A DNA stretch of 64,000 nucleotides, taken from NCBI RefSeq assembly GCF_001194135.2, contig NC_068998.1:12831770-12895769 (forward strand), read 5' to 3'. The translations under genes and the position numbers were made by a program. The notes beneath the pieces are model-generated. The model saw only the letters and a program-made list of their open reading frames with translations, ran no database searches and was not told the DNA's origin. Each line of letters starts with the position of its first letter. Within the stretch, counting starts at the first letter, position 1. This document shows, piece after piece, positions 26,088 to 38,326 of this stretch. The stretch is from Octopus bimaculoides (lineage: Eukaryota).

Positions 26088-28191
26088 GTGAGATTTCTAT
26101 TTAAAACCAAACCTTTTAGAACTAGCTTTTATTGTCTGTCACATCACAATTGTTTCCATTTTTGGTTGTTTCTTCTATTTATTTCAATTTAATTATTTTA
26201 AAATTATTTCTTTATATATTAGTTATTCTCTCATTAATGTCAAGTTCATGAGGATCCAGTATTTTGGCCTTTGTTTTTGTTTTTGATTGGAGCCATTTTA
26301 TTTCATTTACACTGTTATGAAGATTTCTTGAGAAAAGACTTAAATGTCTCAATCATTTTTCGGTGGGGGTGGGGGAATCTCCAGTTTTGGATCCATTTGA
26401 GAATGTAATGATTTCTTTTACATATAAAGGTTTCTTTTTTTTTCTGTTCTAAACACGCATGAAACTATAATGAGTTTATCTGAAAACATATATTTGGTTT
26501 AAAAAATTAATTATAATTAATTATGTGTTTAAGAACAGTGTTTTAAGCAAATGTCTTGTCTGAGTCAAATAAAGATGCAGTCTTTATTTATTAAGCTGTG
26601 ACACCTGATATTCTTGTTTAGCTTTAGATCAGCTATGATTGAATAGACCTGTAATCAAAGGCATTCCAGACATGACCATTTTGTCTTTCTAGATGTTTCC
26701 AGGATTACATAATTTGATTATCCTTTCCAGAATATGATTTGAGGCAGATATGGCTACTATTTCTAATAGGTTGACTATGTACAAACACTCTTGTTGTTGG
26801 CTCATAAGGTGTGTTTGGAGTTCATCGTTGTTATCATCAAATTATATCATAACAAGGAACTTTGCATTGTAAGAGTCTGTTGCCAAAGAATGCAGAAAGG
26901 TTGTACCCTCACTTTTGACTTTTATGTATAGTGAATAGCTTTAGATATCTTTCCAGTTACTGTCCACATAATACCTCTTATAAGCTGTATCACAAACCAA
27001 CACTGAAGGGTGTATTTGTTCACTTTGAATAAATTGAAGCCAAATCTCCCTCAAATCACACAATTACTTACTTAAGCTCTTCTCTTTGCTCTTTATGGAG
27101 CATAGGCTTTCTATGACTTTCCCCCACTATTCTCAACTCTGAGTTGTCAGGGCCACTCATTCAGTGTGGACAAGGGTTACCATATTTTCCATGAGGGAAG
27201 GCCTTTCTCTCCCAGGTCTTGTTGGTTTTGAATTGTAATCAATGGTTCTGTAATCTGGCTTTTTTTTTGTCTAGGTGGGGTTGATGGCCTTATTACAAAC
27301 CTTTTTTTACCTTTGGGAAAAGATGATCCCTATAAGTCTGGCCTCTAATCCTTTGATTTGTCTAGCATAGAAGGCCCTACTAGGAACTTGTGATTTGTTG
27401 GCATAGCTCTCAGAGTGACTGAGGAACATAAGCCACCACACTGCAACAAGAACTAAACCTTGTGGTGGCAAATCATATCATACTGTCTTTAAAAAAATAG
27501 AAGTGGCAAGGGGGCACAACACATTTGATAATATAATCCTAGATATACTATGTCTCAGAAAAAAACAAACTAGATGGTCATGACTGGAATGCCTTTGGTC
27601 ATCAGATTTTGCAATTAGGACTGACCTATTAAACAGAAACAGTCTGTATCAAGTTGACATTTGTAAGCTGTGTATAATAATTTTCCATCTCTTACTAGTA
27701 TCTGTTAATGTAGTAGTCATTGACTGTATCTATCTATCTATCTATTCAATCAATGTCTGTGAGTCTTTCCTATCCAATTGATGGCATCAAGACTGTGGTT
27801 ATCAGGAGAATTCCTGTCAGTTTGAAGAAGGAATTTGAATTGCAGTCATTTTGAAACATATTTATTCATTAGTTCCAAGATCTGCCAACTTAAGTATCTT
27901 CAGAACTCTGGTTTAAAAAAATTTTTTTTTTTTAAATCCTAAATACTATATTATAAATACATACATACATATATATATATATATATCTGTCTATGTATAT
28001 CTACATGCATTCGTATGTGTAAAAAGATGCATAAACAATTCTGTATCCCCTTTTTTTTGTATTCCTTGCAAAGTCATTCCCTTTTTATATTCCCATTTTG
28101 CTCAGATGCAACTATTTAAGAATACTTATCTCATCAAGTTAACAAGAGTTGTAACAAACACGCATTAAACACACACACACACACACATACA

Positions 28192-28222
<31 letters not shown>

Positions 28223-30119
28223 GAAGAGGCTCTGCTTTCTAACTGCACATGTTTAGTGATGAAAATGATGAAGAGGCCCACTCATTAAGCTCATGTCACA
28301 GACATAATAGAATACCACCTAAACCTAAATGTTGTAACTTATGAATCAGTTGTAGAATTGGGTTTTATATTACACTGCACACAAAGTATTTGATGACCTG
28401 ACAACCATTACCAATGTATTATATTTAAGGAGGGAGTTGGAGAAGGCACATAATTGAATTTCCAGATTTAAATCTATTAAAAAAAAAATGTCAGAGACAC
28501 TGAACATTAATTGCTATTTTTTGTTTGTTTTTATTTTTATTCACTTTCTTTTTTTTATCTTATCTTCTTCACTATTACATTGTTATAGTGCATCATCTGT
28601 CGTTTGACTCAAGAATGATGCCTCTCGGTGGTTTATTGTTGTTATTGTTGCACTGCAACTATATATGTGATTATTGTTATTTTTGCTTCGCTGCCAATGT
28701 GGTGTTTTTCTTTTTTTTTCCCCCGTTTTTTTTTGTTTTTTTTTGTACTACATCAGATTTAGCAACTGGGTTGTTTTTTTTTTTTTTNNNNNNNNNNTTT
28801 TTTTTTTTTTGTTTTTTTTTTCAGGTCACACACATAGTCTAAGTGTGGAGTCATATTGTTTGTTTAGTTAGAAAGAACAATTTTGGCATTTGATATAGTT
28901 TTACCCCTTTTTTTTTTCCTCCCCATCTCTCATTCTCTCCATCTCATCTGAAGGAGATTTTCCTAGTATTTCCTAATTTTAAGACAATAATGATGAGAGA
29001 TGAAAAAGAAATTAAAAATTTTTTTTAATATTTTGTGGGAAAATGTCTTTGAGCCATTGTTAGAACAGAAGTGTTGACTTAATAAATGGAATGGATTTTT
29101 AAAAATATTATATTATGGAAGCTTTTTTTTTTTTGTTTCTTTGTTTTATTGGATTAGGGTTAGATTTTAATCTGATGATTAAAATTTGATTTTTGTTCCT
29201 ATTTGTTTCAAAGGATTTTGTTATTTTACCTTTCCCTCTCACTCATTAATCGAGTTAATTCGATAAAGAGTTAAGTCTTTTCAAATCTTGCGTGAAATGT
29301 ATGGTGGAAATTTTAGAGTGAGTGATAGAAATTCCTTGTAAGCTTACAGCTTTGTTGGAAGTGTTCACTGTAAAGTCTTGTTAATAAATAAACAAGGTGT
29401 CATATATATGATACTTTGTGGAATTAATGTTGTTCTTTCTCTCTTTAAACTCATGATTCTCATTCTCTCTCTCTCTTTCTCTTTCTCTCTCGCTCTCTCT
29501 GTGTTGAAATCTTGACCTTCTCAACAACTGCACATGTGATTGATTGTTGCAGCATGAATATAAACTTGCATGGAATTCATTTCCGAAGCATGTGTTCACT
29601 TCAGCATTGTGCTTGCATGTTTTCGTTCAAATTCTAATTGAAAATAATAATCTTTAATACATTCTTTTCTCTTTGTTTCATTTGAATTTTTTTTTTCTTT
29701 TCCTTTTAAATTTCTATAGGCAGTTTAGCTGCAATTCTTTTTTTTTTCTGTAAAAACAAATTTCAGTTTTAGCATTTGCCTAAATCTTTATTTCTTACTG
29801 GCAAATTTGTATTCTTACTTTACTTTAATTTCTTTTTATTTTATTTTCTATATCTTGTATTCATTCATATGCTTTCTTTATAGTCTCTTTCTCTCTGAAA
29901 TTCTTTCCTTGAATCTTTTCTTTTGCCACATTCACACATACACAGACATGTACATAACAAAGACAAGATTAATACATAACTCACACATACATTCTTCATC
30001 TTAAGAAACGGTAATTGAAATGCATCTCATAGTGCTGCACCAGAAATCTTTTCCCCATTAGTTTTGTTAGATCCTTAATTTCACAGTGTGTGTCTTTGCC
30101 AATAACATCAATACAGAAG

Positions 30120-30780
30120 TTTCCAAAATTTAACATTTGATATAGCGTATTGTTAAGTATGATACTAGTGGCCAGCAAAGCCTATCCTGTTTTCAGCAAC
30201 AATAGTAGAGGTAGAAATAATGTATCCATAAATCTCTCTGGTCTTGTGCTTATGTCATGAGATGTTTTTAAGCCATCATGAGAAGCATTGTATATGTACC
30301 ATGAAAGTGATCAGGAAGCTTTTTTCTGTCCAAGTTTCAGCTTCAGAGAGAAGAATGCTTCCTACATATGTTGGGAAGAAAGCAAATCTTGCTCACTTCG
30401 GAATACATATATTATTGTTAGATGGTTTGAAACTTGTTACAGGCTCTTCAGGTTGCTCCCCTGTGTATAAGACAATCTTTCTTACTGTCAACAACATAGG
30501 AGCCAAAGTATTTGAAATCACTAACTTCTCTGAGCTGTGTGCCTTCATTGCAACAGATTAGCAGGTGGCTTTCATCTTCAATGATGGTCATGTATTCAAT
30601 TTTCTTTATATTGAGAGACAGACTGACTTTGGTTGCAGTATTCTCAAGGGAGGCTAGCATGTCTTATGCATCTGTAACTTCCTTGCTCTTCTGTCATCAG
30701 GTTAACAAAAGACCTGTTGTAACTTGACAAGCACTTGCCTCTGTGATTGATCTTGATCTCCTCTCAGCTGGCAGTAAATG
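30120..30780 (-). mobile_element. Degenerate RTE-type LINE reverse transcriptase C-terminal remnant
   Basis: Minus-strand peptide LENTATKVSLSLNIKKIEYM...LREVSDFKYFGSYV resembles the RT GLxxNxxKTEyM...FKYLGS segment; broken by stops and frameshifts. Confidence 0.7.
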
Positions 30781-31047
30781 GGTTGTTTTATGTTATCAGC
30801 TCATTGTTTATGTGATCTTCTACACCAACGCATCCTCGGGATAGTACCAAGTATGATGGTTCATTAAGGGCTGTTGAGAGGCTGATGGTAAATATTGTTA
30901 AAATCTAATGTAAATATCAGATTTGTGGGTCATCCAGAGCATATCTTACAATGTTTCCAAATACCATAGTGTTATATATTATAACATATTTTAATGATGT
31001 AATAAAAATTCCCTCTGATCACTGTGGTGATGATGACGACAACACCA

Positions 31048-31083
<36 letters not shown>

Positions 31084-33177
31084 GTGATGGTGATGGTGAT
31101 AGTTTTGATGTGCACATGAAGCAAAAAAAATATTAGATGTAAAGAAATATTTAAATTTAAATTTCAGTATTGTTTTTTTACCTTACATGATACTGCTGTT
31201 GCTACTGATGATGATGATTATATATAATAACATACTTTAAGTGTTTATAATAGAAACTTCCTCTGATCACAATGGTGGTAATGTTTATGTGCATAAGATA
31301 CTCTACAAATATAAACTGTGAAGTAAATGTTTAATTTTTTTTTTTTTTAATGCTTGGCGTAGTCAGAGGAAGAAGGGCTGTGCTCATGGCCGTTTTTCAG
31401 GACCACTAGGGCTGGTGGGTTGGAAGAAAATTTTTTCTCTTTTCAGACCAGAGATCTAGGCCCAAATGCTTCCTACAGAATGCACTCTGTCAATGGCACT
31501 CAATGACCAAGTGGTGGTGTTAAACTGGGTGACAGATTAAGTCTAACACCTAAGAACATGAACAGTCTCTTAAACAAGCTCACATAGTCTCTGTCTTAGA
31601 ATAAAACTTTAAAACTTCTGAAACTAATTGTAAAAGCATAAATACATTTTATAAGCTATTGCTTCAGTATTTGCTAGAGCAGAAAAGAATTAGTTTAGCC
31701 TCATGACTATATGAAAGAAATAATAATAATCTTATAGTTATAGAGAATAAAATAACTTCCTAATGACACAGGGGGGAATCACAATTCTCAGTACCAGATG
31801 CAGGGGTCTCAGGTGGGTGTTCATTCCTTAAAGAGAGCAAATTGATTTCTGCATAAACCTGTAGCAGCTTACAAAAGAAGTAGTGGTGTTTATCTGTGAT
31901 ATATCCTGAATGTTGATGAGGTGTGAAAATAGGTGGTAGAAGCCATGTGGAAGGTGTTTATTAGAATATATTAAAAAAAAAAATCTATTGTTACATGAGA
32001 ACATTATGTAGACCATGAGAAATAATATTCCCAAATATCTATCCTGTTTCAGAATATCTTTGAAATTGGTAGAGAGCCAGTATGTTTATGGCACCTTGTT
32101 CCAATACCTCAGTGTTTTGAATTTAAATCTTGTCTGGGTTAATTACTTTTTATTATTTCCAGAGTTGTTTATAAAATGTGTATTAATAATACTAGCAATA
32201 AGCTAGTGTTAATTCAATTGAATAATTCTCCACCAACCCTTACAAAATTTGCCCTATAATAAAAAGAAATGATTATAGAAATGTACAATGAGCCTGTGCT
32301 ATTTTCTTGGTGGCAATTGGAAAACTGAAGCAACAATAAAAATTGATTATTTTGTATTATATATACAGGCACTAGAAATAGAAAAATAAATGTTAAAATA
32401 AACTATTAAAGGCTGGAATAAATAATTATGTGATCTATATATTTTACTAATTAAAGTTACCATCGTCATCATCATCACCACCACCATCAGTGATATCATC
32501 ATTTTTATATCCTCTCTTCTGTACTGTCATGGAATGGACAGGACATTTTGAAGCAATGGTTTTACAGCTAGCCATTCTTCCTGACAACAACCCTTTCAAT
32601 CATCTCTTACAGCATGCAAGGGTATGGTGTACCTTATCTACTCAAAGTGTAAATTATAATAACAACTTGTGGGGTGTGGTCACTAGCTTTAGTGTTTTCG
32701 GTGCAATTAACAAAACATTGTTCTCACACAAATATTGGAAACTATTTACCGAAAGTAAATGTCAGTTCCTTGAACAACAAAAAAATAGACCACACAAATC
32801 TAGAGAATGTTATTTCCGTAGGATTTGTTTTAGTTCACGATGCTGTTAATATAGAGATCTACAGATTATGGTTGTTTAGTTATGAAAAAAAAGCTTATTG
32901 GTGTCAATATTATTCTCCTGATGAGTTTCAGTACAAATGTGTGTGTGTGTGTGTGTGTGTGTGATTAGTGGTGGAGTTGTTGATTTAATAACCTTCAGAT
33001 TCTCCCACATAAAACTGCAGCGGTAGTAAGTCTAAGAATTCTTTGCTTTGCATTAAAATATCTCCAAATGATTCAGGTTTTTCTCTGGGTGTGTCATTTT
33101 GGTAAAAGTTCAAGTTTGTATCAACAGACACATCTAGACTTAGGGAATTTAATGGAACCTGTATAGAGATATTTCTA

Positions 33178-33244
<67 letters not shown>

Positions 33245-35145
33245 GTATTTTAAGTTTCCTACCTTTAATTTATCACCACCTCTTTAAAAATTGGAACAGT
33301 TTTGGTTTTTGCAGATAAATTCATAAGGAAAAGTCGTAATTTCTTCATAGAGTAATTATCATAATTATTTTTATTGTTATCAATGGATTTTTGTATTTTT
33401 CTATTTCTCCTTACCTGAATTCCATTACAAAATGTGATTGATGCAACAACTTCATTCATAACTTGGAAGTATTTCAAAGTTGTTACAAAATTTACTGTAG
33501 CTGAAAGCTCTTCTAGTTCAGAGCTTCCACTCAACCATGAAATGATGGGCGTATATGTATAGCCACATACATGCAGACATACACACGTATTGTAGTAAAT
33601 GTATGCGTGGGCGTATATGTGTATACACTCTCTTACTCCCCAGATACACGTATAAATGAAGATGTAGACATACCATTACCAGGGATATGGTTAGATTAAA
33701 TAATTGGTGTCTGTGGAGAGAACAATGAAATTGCAAGGTTTAAGTGATGGCTATAAAGATAATTTTAGCCATTTGATAAATAGGTATTGATAATATAAGC
33801 ACCAGAGTAATGGAGTCAATATGGTTTAAGGTTGTATAACTACAGCCCAATGACTGAAAATAACAAAAGAACAAAAACTGAGAGGTAGAAAGAGCTGAAC
33901 AGTGTACTAAGAGTGTTTCAGTTAACTATGTTCCTCCCAATAATGGCTGTGTCTCATATTAATTACAGAATCCATGCGGTATTGTTCCAGCTAGAGAATA
34001 CCTTCTCTATTTAGGGTGTTTAATATTTCAGGCGAAATTCCACCCTTTTCAGTGGCCTTGCCACATTTGAGCACTTCAATTACCTGTATGACTTCAGCCT
34101 CTGACGTCAGCTTTAACTAACAGCGGTGTTGTTTATTTAGGATAAAAAAAGAATAACAATGCAAAATAATGTCATTTCATTTTTTCCCTTCTCAAAATAA
34201 AGGACTTTGGTTTTAGTCTAAAGAAAGCAATACTTTAAGGATGTTATAATGTAATAAATTAAGTGAGAAATTATTAAAGCATTAAGTACTTTTTTTTATA
34301 AGAAAACAGTATTATGAAGATTGTAGATTGACTTGTCTCCTTTACTGCTCTTAATTTATTGATTCTAAAGGTATGAATGGAAGAGGTTTTGGTGCCACTG
34401 ATATTCTTTGCAAATTCATAAGTCCTTCAAATTTTTATTAACAGCAGTTAACAGCTAACATTTCAATAGTTAACTTAGAGTTTAATCTTTGCTTTATCTG
34501 AAAAACCAAATTTTAGAGCCTCCCTACCAACATACATTACCCTTTCTTTCAGGGGTTTTCACAAAGCTGTAAAAGCTAATTAACCTGGTAAAATCATTAG
34601 AATTCATAAACAATTTTGTATTCAATGGGAAAATATTTTTTTTTTTACTTGTTTGTGTGAATGGGGAAGAGAGAGAGAGAGAGAGAGAGAGAAGGGTATG
34701 AATAGATGTGACTATCTAATGACAAGACTAATGTATTCATACTAATCTAACCTTGAAGAAGTAAAGAATCTATGTAGGGGTACAGGTTGGCACTACACAC
34801 CAAACATAACACAAGTAACAGTCATTTGGATGTAAAATAGCATAAACATTAATAGTTCTTCCAATCAAGCTTCATTCAAATATCTGGACAACACAATTCC
34901 CTCTTGTTCCTCCCTTTGCCTTTGTTCCTTGGCTTTCCCCTTTTTCGCTTCTCTTCCTATTTTCCCTTTTCTTTTTTCCTTTCCTATGGTTCTTCCCTAC
35001 CTACCGACCTGCCTCCCTCCCTTCTTATTGTCCCTTCTTCTCGTTTCTGCCCCTCTACTTTAAACTGTATTTCCTACTATTTTCAAGCTACATGGTTTTA
35101 AGTATGCATGAAGACAATGATCTGAGGCTTGTTTTTCTTGTCTAG

Positions 35146-35343
35146 GACAGCTCCTCTTCAGTAGCATCCCTCTCTTCTTATCTGAGAAGGTCACACGTCA
35201 ATCTTTCCAAGAACACCAACAGCAGTTGGTTGAAAACATTGCATACTACTACCGGCCGAGGTCTGGCTGAGAGAAACAAGTGGGAGTGTTACGAGGAATC
35301 AAGCGTGCGGAAAATAAGCCAGGATTTGGGCAATTTTAATGAG
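35146..35343 (+). CDS. FER: Candidate FER linker exon C, 198 nt, phase 0-0 (absent from the ORF track)
   Basis: gtttttcttgtctag|GAC...AATGAG|gtgaga; 66 open codons DSSSSVASLSSYLRRSHVNLSKNTNSSWLKTLHTTTGRGLAERNKWECYEESSVRKISQDLGNFNE; more GC-rich than its flanks. Confidence 0.7.
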
Positions 35344-36719
35344 GTGAGATATGAGGAAGAGGATTTGAGATAAAGAAAGACGGTTCATAAGAGATGGTGT
35401 CAAAGAACTGTTTTCTATTGTTTGTAACATTTCTGTTGTCTTTTATTCTATGAATGTCACCTAGACGCTTTGATTCTCTTTTCTTTATTCTCCCATTCTG
35501 TTTTTTCTTTTTCTTTATCCATTCTTTCTTTCAACATCATTATGGATGCTACCACTAAACATTCTTAGTGAATTTCCATTTATAATTCTTTCTTTATTTT
35601 TTAGAAACATTCTTTAAAATATTCAACTTGACTTTTATTTTCTTTGGAATGATTTTTCTAAGCACTTCCTTTTCTCCCCTTCCCCTCTCTATCTTTTTCA
35701 CTTTCTCTCTCTTTTTCATCAATTTAGATTTTGATGCCTTTTGTGTTTTATTTCTCAAATTGTTAATTAGTGAGGGATTTTTTTTTTTAATATCACTGTT
35801 TGATTTATATATTTATTCTTTTTAATTTTTTTTTTCTTCTTTGAAAAAGGATTTTTTCCCTTTAACATAGATTTTTTTTTTAATCATTAGCACTACACTT
35901 TGCTCCCTGTTGTTTCATAAAATCCAAGACAATTCGGCTTCCCTGCATCTTCCACTTTGCTAAAAGTAATTCCCATTAAATTTTTTTAAAAGAGCAGGAA
36001 ATTATGAATATCATAAGTACCAGAAATTCAAATTTGAACAATCAGTTCACTAAATAAACTATCTTTGTGAAGACTATAAATTTCTAAAATAGACTGCATA
36101 CTTAACTCTTAAGAATTTTGGTGGCAAACTGCAGTGAATTGGAAACTACATAAACCCTTAATTTTTGTACCAAAGAATAAGTTTATAGATTATATAGGCA
36201 GTAAATAGTTGAGTAGTTTTTTTTTTTTCATAGTAAGATAAACTTCAAATAGCTTTTATAACTTTATTATATAACCACCATTTTGTTATTCTAATAGATT
36301 TCAACATACTAAAAACATTTTATCATTTTTATTGTTGGCATTATCCGTTTTATTAAGTGACAAAAGCAGTGAAGTGCCAAACTAGATCAATTAAAGTATC
36401 TAATTTCATCTCAATTCACCCAGAGTTGCTATCTCAGTTGAGCTGACTTTGCTTTTCAGCTCTCCATATCCAATAATATATTAAAAGTTTTCACAACTAC
36501 ATAGCTAATGCCCTTAAAAAAAACCATAAAAATCATTCTGCCCTAATTTTCTACTCCTTCTTAAAATTTGTGGCTTTGTACATCTTAGTAAGAAATCAAT
36601 ATTTTAATTAAATATTTATTCAATATTTTTCATCTCGATTGTTGATATTGTTAGTAAAATTGTTCTCTATTCTCTCCCAAGAATGTATTCTATTGTTCTC
36701 TGCGTTCTCTGAAGACTTC

Positions 36720-37930
36720 ATCTATGTAGTAATGTCTGTGGTGTTGAACTGTTCTGTGTTTCTATCAACACTGAATCCATATTGTCTGTGATATAGTATT
36801 TTAGTGTCTCTACCAACTCTTTATTTGTGTAGTAATGTCTATTGATATATTGTAGTTCTGTGTCTCTACTAACACTTTGTGTAATGTTGTCTGTTATAAT
36901 GTATTCTTCTGTGTCTCAACCAACATTTAACCTATGTAGTAACGTTACCTGTGATATTGTAGATCTATGTCTCTACAAATACTCTATCTGTAGAATTGTG
37001 TTGCCTGTGATATTGTCTCTACCAACACTTTGTACATTATTGTCTGTGATACTTTACTGTCTATATCCTTACTCTACGTGGTATAACTATGTTGTCTGTC
37101 ATAGTTTTTACTGTTCAATGTCTCTACATACATTTTTCCTAACTACTTAATGTCTGTGATATACTACTTTAAGTATATCCCAAAACTCTGTCTACTAATG
37201 TTGTTTGTGATGTTGTAGTTCTATGCCTATGTTGTTCTTTGCAATATTGTCGTTCTGCACCTACATAGTTCTACCAACACTCTACCTGTGTTCTAAAATT
37301 GTCTCTGATATTGTACTGTTGTTTGTCCTCCTGTTCTCCACCTTTACTTATCGAGTATTGGGGTTGATACAGCCACACTCAAGACCTGGATTTGATTCTC
37401 CTCTATTTGTTTATCAGAATCAGTTACACTGTACCATCATAAGAAGGACTGTAGGGGACTACTAACAGTGTCCCTTTCTCCAGAAAAGAAAGATGCAACA
37501 AAGGGCTGGCAGCTTATTCTCATAGAAAAACCAATATGCTACTGGAATCATTCAAGGGCAGTTCAGCACAGAATGGATATAAAGCAAAAGGCCTCCACCA
37601 ATACTCTACCTGTGTGCTATCATTGTCTGTGACATTGTACTGTTGTGTGATTTTACCAATGCTTTACCTGTGTACTAATATTGTCTTTGATATTGTACTG
37701 TTCCATATCACTACCAAGACTCTACTTGTATACAGGTGTTGTCTGTTCTGTGTCTCTACCAACACTCTACATGTGCACTATTGTTGTCTGTAATATTGTA
37801 TTGAACCTTTGTCTTTCTCAAGATAACAAGTATATTAATAATGTCTGTGAAATAGTTCCACATCTATACCATGACCCTACCTGTGTACTAATGAAGTCAG
37901 TGATATTATACTGTACTCTGTCTCTTCCAA
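36720..37930. repeat. Degenerate tandem array, about 58-bp unit, interrupted by an insertion at about 37325-37590
   Basis: Unit approximately accaacactctacctgtgtactaatgttgtctgtgatattgtactgttctgtgtctct; acca recurs at 37597, 37655 and 37713 (period 58). Confidence 0.85.
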
Positions 37931-38128
37931 GAGACAGCAGAACAATCTAATATCACAGACAACATTAATACAGAGATAGGCCTGTGTTCAAATGGCTATA
38001 ATTTTATACTATTCCCCACCAAAGTTGTATCAGTATTCAGTTGATATTTTGTGATGTTCAACACTGTTTCCTACCGAGGCTTTACCAATATATTGGTGTA
38101 ATATGAAATTTTAATTTTTTATGTCCAG

Positions 38129-38326
38129 ACTGCACCAGTCAGCCAAAGATTAGAAGATGAAGAATGGTTTCATGGAGTTCTTCCTCGAGAAGAAGTACAG
38201 CGTCTTTTAGTCACTGATGGGGATTTCTTAGTTCGTGAAAGTAAGAACAAGAAAACAAATGAAGTTTTGTATGTACTTTCTGTTTACTGGAATGGTCATA
38301 GACATTTCATTATTCAAACAAAAGAG
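38129..38326 (+). CDS. FER: FER exon 10 (SH2 N-terminal part), 198 nt, phase 0-0
   Basis: ttttatgtccag|ACTGCA...AAAGAG|gtatgt; [66 protein letters not shown], with the SH2 WFHG and FLVRES motifs. Confidence 0.96.

Noticed and set aside
33265-33534. Minus-strand ORF with a CAG|gtaagg donor (possible nested antisense exon)
   Set aside because: Non-ATG start, no convincing acceptor, no recognisable protein and no partner exons found.
36842-37950. Several Cys/Leu/Val-rich ORFs
   Set aside because: They are translations of the degenerate 58-bp tandem array, not a protein repeat; frames are inconsistent.
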